From positions 1 to 47,364 of the IMG/VR virus record IMGVR_UViG_3300010376_000013: a DNA stretch of 47,364 nt, one strand, 5' to 3'. The stretch comes from a virus (lineage: Duplodnaviria > Caudoviricetes). Under the pieces are notes generated by a model. The model was not told the DNA's origin, ran no database searches, and saw nothing but the letters and a program-made list of their open reading frames with translations. The position numbers and the translations under genes are program-made. Positions 15,468-23,326 of the stretch are shown here, one piece after another. Numbering within the stretch: position 1 is the stretch's first letter; the number at the start of each line of letters is the position of its first letter.

Positions 15468-16312
15468 AGGTCCTCCCTAAAGCCTACGAACGTTGGAAAG
15501 CGTGGCGCGTCTTTCACGCCCACGGGGAAATACTTGTACGTGATGATTTTGCCCGGCAACGTGCGCCGCTGTCGCCACAGGTGTATCCGTTCGCCGGCCG
15601 AGAATCCAGAGCCGACGTTGAATACGCTGCCGGTCGTGCAGTCCTTCACGCGCAGCGCGCCGAGCGTCCCTTTCGGCACCATCCCTGCCTTGTGCGACGT
15701 GCGCTTGCCGTCGTCGCCCTTCTCGTTGGCGTTGTGCATTTCCTCCTCTACGTCGATGATGACCGCTTCGCTGTCGGCGAACCGCTTGAGCTTCAGCAGA
15801 TAACCCTCCAGCGCCGTGCTGCGTCCGAACTTGTACGGCCCCAAGGGATCGCGAATCATGATACCCTCATATCCAAGCTCGATGTACTTGCGCTCCTCCT
15901 TATCGACGATGCTCCGCTTGGGGCAGAGTGTATGCTCGACCAGAACGACGTGCTTGTGCTTCGCCGCGAACCGCGCGACGAAGCTGATCCTATCGCGGAA
16001 CGGCGCAGTGGGGAACGGGTAGTGGTCGAAGGCGTAGAACAATACGTCCGGTTCGCCATCGATGCTCATTACCTCGCTCTGCGTGCGCCTGAATACGTCC
16101 GGAGCGACTTCGTCCCCCACGATCAGCTCGCCGTCGAGACCGTTGCACATTCCGAACCGCCGCTGAACCCATTCGTTGGGGATCGGCTTGTTGTTCCGCG
16201 AGTACACGACTCCGTTCTCGACATACGCGCGCACGCCGTCGTACTTCGCCGAGACCAGGACCGGGTATGTCAGCTTGCTGAGATCAGCCTTTCCGGCCAG
16301 CATTACTTTCAT
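15464..16312 (-). CDS. ATP-dependent DNA ligase
   Basis: Motifs KYDGVRA (adenylation), LDGEL, YAFD, EGIMIR, LLKLK and C-terminal PRFP. Confidence 0.95.
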   Translation of the reverse strand: MKVMLAGKADLSKLTYPVLVSAKYDGVRAYVENGVVYSRNNKPIPNEWVQRRFGMCNGLDGELIVGDEVAPDVFRRTQSEVMSIDGEPDVLFYAFDHYPFPTAPFRDRISFVARFAAKHKHVVLVEHTLCPKRSIVDKEERKYIELGYEGIMIRDPLGPYKFGRSTALEGYLLKLKRFADSEAVIIDVEEEMHNANEKGDDGKRTSHKAGMVPKGTLGALRVKDCTTGSVFNVGSGFSAGERIHLWRQRRTLPGKIITYKYFPVGVKDAPRFPTFVGFREDL

Positions 16313-16571
16313 TTTCGTTCTCCTTAATTTTGAGGTTGACGAAATCCAAAAGCTCGATCATGCTGACCAGCAGTTTTTCCGGCTCGCTCATGAACCGGAT
16401 CGCCGCAGAAAAGCCGGCAAAGAATGCACTCTGCGTCTGCAGCTTGACCATGTCGGCCAACGGCTGACCGACTTCGGGGTTCTTGGCGACCCCCATGTCG
16501 CATGCTTCCTTCAGGCAGCATACGTAGTAGCGGGCGAACTCTGCGGCGATTGGTTTCTTTTCCATGGTCAT
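16284..16571 (-). CDS. Hypothetical protein
   Basis: GAGG RBS; AFFAGF motif. Confidence 0.6.
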   Translation of the reverse strand: MTMEKKPIAAEFARYYVCCLKEACDMGVAKNPEVGQPLADMVKLQTQSAFFAGFSAAIRFMSEPEKLLVSMIELLDFVNLKIKENENESNAGRKG

Positions 16572-16574
16572 TCC

Positions 16575-17000
16575 TCAGATTGTGTAGTCGTGATCAAGTT
16601 CTTCGCACGCACGCTGCGCTTCGCGCATGCTGCGAAAGAACCGTCCATCCAGCAACAACGACTGGATAAGGTAGAAGTCGTCCTGGCTGAGACAGTGGTG
16701 GTTGGGCCGGTCGATCTTCGTGCGCCGCCATTTGTGCCGCGCCTTGGCGTTCTTCGGCCAGAAGTAAACGGTGAGCGAAGTGTCCCAGAAATACGTGAGC
16801 TTCACTTCGTATATCTTCCAATCTTCGTAGCCACCGGCATCGCGCACGACGACGAACGCGCTCAACCGCGTGTATTGAGTTGGATCGCGATGTTCCTCCA
16901 CGACGCGGTGCAGCACTTCGCCGTGCCTGCGCAGTTCTTTGTCGAGCAACTCTGCGACGGCGTTGCGGCTGATCACAAGCGGGGTTTCACTCTTCTTCAT
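16575..17000 (-). CDS. Hypothetical protein
   Basis: GAGGA RBS. Confidence 0.65.
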   Translation of the reverse strand: MKKSETPLVISRNAVAELLDKELRRHGEVLHRVVEEHRDPTQYTRLSAFVVVRDAGGYEDWKIYEVKLTYFWDTSLTVYFWPKNAKARHKWRRTKIDRPNHHCLSQDDFYLIQSLLLDGRFFRSMREAQRACEELDHDYTI

Positions 17001-17367
17001 CTGATCGTTCCTCTAGGTTAAAGAACTCGTTGAACAAGTTGGGTATGTTGATAGTCTCGAAACTACCAACGGTTAACTCCTGTCCGCGCTCGGCCATGAT
17101 GCAAATGGCCGAGGCGAAGAACAGGTCCGGGTGATGCAGACCGTTGTCTTTGAACGCCTGCCGTGTACGTTCGAGGAGTACCTCATAGTCGTCCACGATC
17201 TGCACTTCGATGCGCTCGCCCCACGCTGCCAATATCAGCACGGCGGGGAGAGCTTCCTTGGGGACCTTCTCGGAAACGAGCTGGCCTCCTGCGGCCCAAG
17301 CCTTGCGCAATCCCTGCGCAAGCTTCTTGGACATGCCGTCGAGGAAACGGTCTGCAGTGTAGTTCAT
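16987..17367 (-). CDS. Hypothetical protein
   Basis: ATGA-coupled. Confidence 0.65.
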   Translation of the reverse strand: MNYTADRFLDGMSKKLAQGLRKAWAAGGQLVSEKVPKEALPAVLILAAWGERIEVQIVDDYEVLLERTRQAFKDNGLHHPDLFFASAICIMAERGQELTVGSFETINIPNLFNEFFNLEERSDEEE

Positions 17368-17609
17368 CTTAGCCTCCGCAGCGTTTCGAGAAACTCGGCC
17401 AGCAGTTCAAGTGCCTTCATCCTGGCCCGATCCTCTTGCGACACGCGACGCGGGCGGCGCTCGCCGTAGTTACGGTAGATCCAGAACTCCGATTCGCCGC
17501 ACTGCGGACAGGCGTGCGCGGCGTCGTTGTTGAACACTTCCTCGCCATGCGCCCAGATCGTCTTGCACGACTGACAGCGATGGCTATGCTGACCCGGTTT
17601 CAGGCGCAT
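17364..17609 (-). CDS. Zinc-ribbon protein
   Basis: CQSC...CPQCG. Confidence 0.65.
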   Translation of the reverse strand: MRLKPGQHSHRCQSCKTIWAHGEEVFNNDAAHACPQCGESEFWIYRNYGERRPRRVSQEDRARMKALELLAEFLETLRRLR

Positions 17610-17610
17610 A

Positions 17611-17823
17611 TCACACCACCTTGGCGATCAGCCCATTCTCGAGGTCCACGAGGGCGAAGAACTCCCGGCCGCGCCCCGTGATGTGCGGGCGATTGGCGAC
17701 GACAATCTTCTTGCCGTTTTCCGGGGGCGGGCGGTCCAGGCCGAAGCACTGGTACTGAAGACGCTGCCCGATGGCAGCCTTGAGGTCTTTCTTGGTATTG
17801 TAGCCGGTGACGACGATAGTCAT
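17611..17823 (-). CDS. Small hypothetical phage protein
   Basis: GAGGA RBS; Y.TKKDLKAAIG...NRPHITGRGREFFA. Confidence 0.7.
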   Translation of the reverse strand: MTIVVTGYNTKKDLKAAIGQRLQYQCFGLDRPPPENGKKIVVANRPHITGRGREFFALVDLENGLIAKVV

Positions 17824-17867
17824 TTTCAGTTCCTCTCGTATGTAATCAATGGTCATGTATCTAGTTC

Positions 17868-18077
17868 TTATTCTGCCAGCATGGCGATTGTGTCTTTGGC
17901 GTTGAACGCCGTGCTCCGTGCGCGCGCCATCTCGACTGCCTCCCATCTGTTGCGCGCATGCACGATACATTGCAGGCATGCGCTGCGCGAGCTGACGATG
18001 AACTTCTTCGAGATTTGCCGCCCCTCGGCAGCCATCTTGCTCGCGCGGTGTACGTTGCTCTTGATACGCCTTGTCAT
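17868..18077 (-). CDS. Hypothetical protein
   Basis: AGGAG RBS. Confidence 0.55.
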   Translation of the reverse strand: MTRRIKSNVHRASKMAAEGRQISKKFIVSSRSACLQCIVHARNRWEAVEMARARSTAFNAKDTIAMLAE

Positions 18078-18081
18078 TGGT

Positions 18082-18294
18082 TCACTCCTGGTCCAGTTTG
18101 TCGAGGTCTTCTTGCACGCGGGCGATCACGCACTCGATGGGCGCGCGCCTGCTCATGCCGTAGTGCTGCCGCCACAGAGCGGCGACCGATCCGCGAGAAT
18201 GTCTGAGCCCGCGCATCTCGAGCCTCAGCGCCTTGATAACAACGATCAGGCGATACGCCTTGATTGCCTTCGGGGTGTCGAATACTTGATTCAT
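18082..18294 (-). CDS. Hypothetical protein
   Basis: ATGA-coupled start MNQVFDTPKA. Confidence 0.6.
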   Translation of the reverse strand: MNQVFDTPKAIKAYRLIVVIKALRLEMRGLRHSRGSVAALWRQHYGMSRRAPIECVIARVQEDLDKLDQE

Positions 18295-18659
18295 GCCCAG
18301 ACCCTCGTTCTGACCCAACATACTGACGACGCCTGCGGCAGCGTCGTGTTCATCTCGCGCACCACGGGCGGCGTGCGTTCGAGGTACTTGTTGATCTCCT
18401 TCTTCCCTCCCTTTGTCTTCGGTGCCTTGGGCGCGACGAACCGAATCTTCTTGCGCGGGAGCGGTACGGGGACGAAGTGCCTGCACTTGCATCGTCTGCG
18501 CCGGTCGTGATCCATCCGCGCCGTACATCTTCCGTCGTGGTCGCACCCCATGTGCCCGCAGCGGCACAGATTGTGCGTCGTCTTCGTCCGCCGCGCGTAC
18601 ACCTTGCGGTTGCCAGTCCTCACCCCATGCCACATCGTTGATGTAATGTTCTTGTGCAT
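18291..18659 (-). CDS. Basic Cys/His zinc-finger-like protein
   Basis: CRCGHMGCDH..RC......CKCRHF. Confidence 0.55.
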   Translation of the reverse strand: MHKNITSTMWHGVRTGNRKVYARRTKTTHNLCRCGHMGCDHDGRCTARMDHDRRRRCKCRHFVPVPLPRKKIRFVAPKAPKTKGGKKEINKYLERTPPVVREMNTTLPQASSVCWVRTRVWA

Positions 18660-18679
18660 TTGATCGTTCCTCGGTTAAT

Positions 18680-18695
18680 GGGCCATCCGTGGCCC
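18680..18695 (-). promoter_or_regulatory. GGA-loop hairpin, putative CsrA/RsmA site
   Basis: Minus strand GGGCCACGGATGGCCC, just upstream of the RBS of 18291-18659. Confidence 0.55.
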
Positions 18696-18705
18696 GGTAG
18701 ATAGT

Positions 18706-18900
18706 TCAGAACTTTGCGACGACGCGGGCCAATCCGTGGAAGTACTGAGTCTTGCGCCCCGGCCGGACCACCGTGGTCAGCTCGAGAATCTTTTTCTTCG
18801 CAAGGCTTACCGACTTGAACACCTCATCCCTCGGCTTGTCGCCTTCCTTTTCCGGAAGGTAGCGGATCACATTCTCGCGTCGCAGGTATTTGACTTTCAT
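18706..18900 (-). CDS. Small basic hypothetical protein (first gene after promoter)
   Basis: ORF directly downstream of a sigma70-like promoter. Confidence 0.65.
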   Translation of the reverse strand: MKVKYLRRENVIRYLPEKEGDKPRDEVFKSVSLAKKKILELTTVVRPGRKTQYFHGLARVVAKF

Positions 18901-18954
18901 ATACTTGACCCTTTGTTGGTTTCATTAGGCCGCCCACGACCGGGCGGCACGCCT

Positions 18955-18983
18955 AGTATAACACAATGGCGCACGCGCGCCAA
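18955..18983 (-). promoter_or_regulatory. Sigma70-like promoter
   Basis: Minus strand TTGGCG-17 nt-TATACT with TGn extended -10, in an intergenic gap. Confidence 0.7.
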
Positions 18984-19000
18984 TGCGCAGTTACAAGATC

Positions 19001-19324
19001 TTACGGCACGAAACCCGCGCCCCTACAGGCGTCGCAAGGGAGGCTTAACACTTTGTCCCATCCGCGTTGCCTCCTCATTTCGCCTGTTGACCCGCAGCGG
19101 TCGCACGCCGCGCCTAGCACCGCCAGCACGCGCGCGAGCCGCGCACGGGACGCTGAGCTATAGATGGCGGCGTGCGCCTCCGACAGCCGGGCGAACGCAT
19201 CAGGATCGCCGCCCCTGTCGGGGTGAGCAGCCCGCGCCCGCGAACGCCACTGCGCCGCAACCTCCTCGTCCGTCGATTGCGCATGGCAGCCCATGAGTTC
19301 GTAGTAGCCGAATTCATTCCTCAT
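19001..19324 (-). CDS. J-domain (DnaJ-like) protein with zinc finger
   Basis: YYELMG...AHPDRGGD...F..LSEAH J-domain with HPD; CDRCGSTG and CDACRGAG repeats. Confidence 0.85.
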   Translation of the reverse strand: MRNEFGYYELMGCHAQSTDEEVAAQWRSRARAAHPDRGGDPDAFARLSEAHAAIYSSASRARLARVLAVLGAACDRCGSTGEMRRQRGWDKVLSLPCDACRGAGFVP

Positions 19325-21396
19325 TGCGGTTTCTCCCGCGGCTTGTACTTCACATGGATGCGGCGTTCGTCGTCGTACAGAAGACCGACCTTGCCGCTGT
19401 TGGCGATCTTGTCGGGGATAGATCGTATGACCCAGAGCCTGACCTGGCCGTCGGTTCTGGTCGGCACCGGCATTCCGTTGTACGCCTGCCGGAACCCCTG
19501 TCGCCGCAGTTCACGCGCCAGTCCATTCGCCGTGACTCTGGTGCGACCATCGGGGTCGTAGATGCGAAGCAGGTCCTCCACCCGCCACACCGCGTAGTTG
19601 ATGGGAACGTCGCCGATGCGCAACACGCTGCCAGGATTCTCGGACAACGCGTGGACCCATGTCCCGATGTCGCTGCGTCCAAGCTCAAGCATGTTGTACT
19701 TGGCGACCGTGAACGGAGCAGGACCGCGCGGATCGAAGCCGGTGAGATCGACATGCAGCAGATGGTAGAACAACGCCGGCACGCCGGGGCCGAGGATATG
19801 TGGCCCGCCGATCCAATCTTCGTACTTGACGTAGAACTCGCGCGGCAGGGGATCGCCCAATACCTCGTGGATGAAGTAGCGCCGGTCTTTGTCCTGCAGA
19901 AAGATAGCGTCGGGCTGGTTGCTGGTGAAATACCAGTTGATACAATCGCGGATGGTGAAGGTTGGGATGTACTTGCGGTCAACGATTATTTCCTGCTGCG
20001 TAATCAAGCTCATGAGGTCGTTCGCAGCGCTCCGCCGGTCGTTGCCGGTAATTTCATCGCCCATGACGAACTGCTTGTTCTCGGCCCACTCATTATGGGC
20101 GGATTGCAGGTGCCGGTCCTTCACCTCGATGGAATTTTCCTTGCCGTAGATCTTGAACAATGAATACCCGACGAATGACTTGCCGGTGCCGTGGGCGCTA
20201 CCCCAGACCAGGACCGCGCTGTACATCTTGAATCCGGGGTGCTGGATTGGATACGCGCACCATTGCTCGAACCACTTGCGCTCGGCGGGATGACCCTTGA
20301 ACATATAGTCCAGAAGTTCGCGCCACGGTCCTATTTCTCCGCGCTTGGGTTCGCATCCCCATCCTGACCAAAGATTGTAACTTCCGTCAGTAATCTGGGG
20401 ACTTCCAGGCTCGTACACAGTTCGAGCGACCTCAGCCCGATGCGGCCACTTGAGCCATTCGCGCGGCGCGGACTTTTCGACGAGACGAGTTTTCTCGCCC
20501 TTGGAATCAGATACTTGTTCATGATATATGCGTGTTGAAAACGCATGCTCGACGAAAGCACGTGGAGAAATGCGCTGGTTCGTATCAAATCGTATAAGCA
20601 TTCCTGGATCACGGACATACACAACTTCCTCATTAAGAGTGTGTAGTTCCTTTGCCGCCGACCATTTGGAGGCGCGATCAAGAAGGTCTTCAAAAGCGCC
20701 GTTACCTCCCCGCGCGACGATGTAATCGTCCAGCCCCGTCTTCTTAACTTGCGGCAGACTTGGGACGCGGACGATGCGTGGATTAGCACCGAGACGTAAA
20801 AGCTCATGAGCAAGCGCGTTCTCGGCGACGATGACTTTAGGGTTGGTTGCGGCGTCGGAATCATAAGCTACGAAGACCTCCCGATCTTTCCAGACGAAGT
20901 TGTCGAACATCGGAAGCAAGTGCAGATTATGAACACCGGCACGGAAGCACCATACTCCGCCCAGACCGACCGTCGGATACTTGGTGAATGCCGTGGCACA
21001 TGCGGATTTGAGCTCGCCCTCGGTAATGACGATGGGCTGCGAGGAGTTTTTCGCTACATCGTTCCACGATACCAACGGCGGAAGGTAGAGTTCGTTGATC
21101 GACTTGCCGGGCTGCGCGTAGCGCAACGGCTTCTCTTCAGTCTGCGTGGCGAAGGTGCCAACGCGCGTATCTTCAAGATACCGGTATCGCCAGAACTGCG
21201 TCGGCGAGCCTTTCAAGTCGAAGTACGGGATTATAAAACCGCCAGCCGCCACGGGGAGCCCCGGCGGTGAATGTTCCTTGTCTACCAATTTGAACTTCAG
21301 CCTCTTTGCGAGGCCGAGGTCAATGTTCGAGTATTCCAGTTTCTTACGGAATAGTTCAGCCAGACCTCCGTTTCCGGCAGGCCGATTAGTACTCAT
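19321..21396 (-). CDS. Primase-helicase (Toprim/DUF3854 + SF3-type DUF5906 helicase)
   Basis: ITEGELKS, AYDSD and GLDDY Toprim motifs; Walker A GSAHGTGKS; GDEI; FTSN; DRRYF. Confidence 0.9.
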   Translation of the reverse strand: MSTNRPAGNGGLAELFRKKLEYSNIDLGLAKRLKFKLVDKEHSPPGLPVAAGGFIIPYFDLKGSPTQFWRYRYLEDTRVGTFATQTEEKPLRYAQPGKSINELYLPPLVSWNDVAKNSSQPIVITEGELKSACATAFTKYPTVGLGGVWCFRAGVHNLHLLPMFDNFVWKDREVFVAYDSDAATNPKVIVAENALAHELLRLGANPRIVRVPSLPQVKKTGLDDYIVARGGNGAFEDLLDRASKWSAAKELHTLNEEVVYVRDPGMLIRFDTNQRISPRAFVEHAFSTRIYHEQVSDSKGEKTRLVEKSAPREWLKWPHRAEVARTVYEPGSPQITDGSYNLWSGWGCEPKRGEIGPWRELLDYMFKGHPAERKWFEQWCAYPIQHPGFKMYSAVLVWGSAHGTGKSFVGYSLFKIYGKENSIEVKDRHLQSAHNEWAENKQFVMGDEITGNDRRSAANDLMSLITQQEIIVDRKYIPTFTIRDCINWYFTSNQPDAIFLQDKDRRYFIHEVLGDPLPREFYVKYEDWIGGPHILGPGVPALFYHLLHVDLTGFDPRGPAPFTVAKYNMLELGRSDIGTWVHALSENPGSVLRIGDVPINYAVWRVEDLLRIYDPDGRTRVTANGLARELRRQGFRQAYNGMPVPTRTDGQVRLWVIRSIPDKIANSGKVGLLYDDERRIHVKYKPREKPQ

Positions 21397-21438
21397 ATTG
21401 ACGACCCTTACAGTTGCGCCACCCCCATGCCCATTTTA

Positions 21439-21669
21439 CTACTGCGATGCCTGGACGGGGTACTGGATTTGTTGCGGAGGGGCGGCTTGTTTGGCGGGAA
21501 GCTCGGGAGTCTTCGTACAGGCTCGCTCGATCCGGTTAAGAGTGTTGATCAACGACGTGGTAATCACGACATCGAAACTCTCTTGACGATACTCGCCCGC
21601 ATAGAAACTCGCCGCCGTATCAGCGGCGAGCGCCAGAATGCCTAGCGAATACTTGACGATGTCTTTCAT
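21439..21669 (-). CDS. Small protein with N-terminal hydrophobic segment (possible lysis accessory)
   Basis: YSLGILALAA; ATGA-coupled; at the end of the late operon. Confidence 0.5.
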   Translation of the reverse strand: MKDIVKYSLGILALAADTAASFYAGEYRQESFDVVITTSLINTLNRIERACTKTPELPAKQAAPPQQIQYPVQASQ

Positions 21670-21776
21670 GGTGCCTTGCGGATAAGACTGCCGACCAGTC
21701 CTACCAGCCAGCCCGCGACGTGGAAGCCGATGCCGAAAAGAAAGCCGATGACTACAGTTTCAAAGTTCATGCCCAT
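21666..21776 (-). CDS. 36-aa hydrophobic peptide (holin-like candidate, not in ORF track)
   Basis: MGMNFETVVIGFLFGIGFHVAGWLVGLVGSLIRKAP; GGAGG RBS. Confidence 0.55.
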   Translation of the reverse strand: MGMNFETVVIGFLFGIGFHVAGWLVGLVGSLIRKAP

Positions 21777-21792
21777 GATAACCTCCAGAAAA

Positions 21793-21809
21793 GGGGCCGT
21801 CCTTGGCCC
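21793..21809 (-). promoter_or_regulatory. GGA-loop hairpin, putative CsrA/RsmA site
   Basis: Identical 17-mer and identical spacing to RBS as at 12877-12893. Confidence 0.6.
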
Positions 21810-21818
21810 GCCGTGACG

Positions 21819-22358
21819 CTATGCGGTGTAGAGATACGAACCGCGGTTGATGTCGCTGATCATCTGCCCGTAGAACGCCTCGCGCGCCGTTCCGTCCCCT
21901 GCGCGATACCCGCGCCAAGACAGCTTGCCGTTCTCGTCGTAGTTGTCATTGGGCAGCGCTCCGACGCCAGGAGCGACGCGGTAGCCAGCCGCCGCCTTTT
22001 CCGATGCAGTGTATCCGGTCATCGTCAGATTGGCGTCGCCGGACTGCAACATGCGCGAACAGGTGCAGGCGTAGTTCAGCGCTTCTACGTCGGCCTCGGG
22101 CAGATCGGCGAACTTCTCCGGGGTGGACTGGATCTGGATAAGACGCAGCGAGTTCTCCGCCCACCCGCGCGCCGACTTGCCGTAGTCGGCCTTATCCCAG
22201 CCGTCGTAGGTCAGCGCAAAGTGGATCATGTCTTCGAGATCGCAGAGCATCACCGCTGCGGTGCCGGCGCGGGGCTGCGTCAGTACTCCTTTCGGATTGC
22301 CGGTTGGAGTTGGAAAAACAAATGGAACATCGCTCAGTGCTGGTAGTATCTTGCTCAT
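21819..22358 (-). CDS. Hypothetical protein (179 aa) at lysis-cassette position
   Basis: GGAGG RBS before ATG 22358; no motif recognised. Confidence 0.65.
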   Translation of the reverse strand: MSKILPALSDVPFVFPTPTGNPKGVLTQPRAGTAAVMLCDLEDMIHFALTYDGWDKADYGKSARGWAENSLRLIQIQSTPEKFADLPEADVEALNYACTCSRMLQSGDANLTMTGYTASEKAAAGYRVAPGVGALPNDNYDENGKLSWRGYRAGDGTAREAFYGQMISDINRGSYLYTA

Positions 22359-22405
22359 AATTCCTCCGGGGTCGGTAAGTTGAGTACTGCGACGGGACCC
22401 TTGCG

Positions 22406-23326
22406 TCACAGCGCTTCCTGGAACGTCGGGTTCCAGGTGTAACGGGTAGTGCTGTCGAGCGAGAGCTTGCCGGCGCTGGTCATCCTTGCTACCATCCACG
22501 ACGCCTGCATCATCGTCGTATCGACCTTGAATCCATTCGTCAAGCCAGTTGTGATACCGGCAAAGCCCTGACTGGGGACGTCGCACACGGCGCACTTGCG
22601 CGCGACGACGAGCTGAGCACGCAGAGTTTGCAAGTCGATGACGCTGCCCGAACCGTCGGGGAGAGCAGACTGTCCCTTGCCCTCGCCCTGCGCCACGGTA
22701 AAGCGCCCCATCGTCTGCGACATCTCGCGCCACGGCTTGCGCATGAGCTGATACAGTTGCTGTCCGTTGCTGCGATTGTACTGACTGATGTCCAGAAGGT
22801 CGTCGGCGATTGCCGATTCCACCAGCGACGGCAGGTAGATCGCCTTGCCGACGAAAAACTCACCGATGCCGATGGCGGACGCGGCGGGGAGCGATGCCGA
22901 GCCGTTCACGTCGTTGTAGATGGTAATCCAGTTCGTCGCGCCGCTTATCGTCAGGCCACCAATGGCCCACGCTCCAAGCTCGCCACGATCATTGGGCGCA
23001 AGACGCTGCGTGATCGACGGCGTGACACCATTGCCGCCAAACACGATCTTGGTGCCTGCTGGCAGTCCTTGAACATTGGCGATGCCGATGACGCCCCAAT
23101 AGGGGACGGCGTCCAGCACGCTGGTCAACGTCACGGCCAGCCGCGTGTAAACGCTGATACTCTGCGTGCCGCCCGTCATGGTGAGACTCGTCACGGTGCC
23201 GGTGCGCGCGTCGTCCATCAGCATGCCGCCGTCGCTGGTCAGGAATGCAGGCGCGGGCGTCTGGCTTCCGCTGAGCACGATGGCGGCAGGGCTGGCGGCG
23301 TAGTAGTCGCTGTATCCGATTATCAT
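22406..23326 (-). CDS. Minor tail protein
   Basis: Position after tail hub; ATGA-coupled; Gly/Ser/Thr-rich composition. Confidence 0.6.
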   Translation of the reverse strand: MIIGYSDYYAASPAAIVLSGSQTPAPAFLTSDGGMLMDDARTGTVTSLTMTGGTQSISVYTRLAVTLTSVLDAVPYWGVIGIANVQGLPAGTKIVFGGNGVTPSITQRLAPNDRGELGAWAIGGLTISGATNWITIYNDVNGSASLPAASAIGIGEFFVGKAIYLPSLVESAIADDLLDISQYNRSNGQQLYQLMRKPWREMSQTMGRFTVAQGEGKGQSALPDGSGSVIDLQTLRAQLVVARKCAVCDVPSQGFAGITTGLTNGFKVDTTMMQASWMVARMTSAGKLSLDSTTRYTWNPTFQEAL

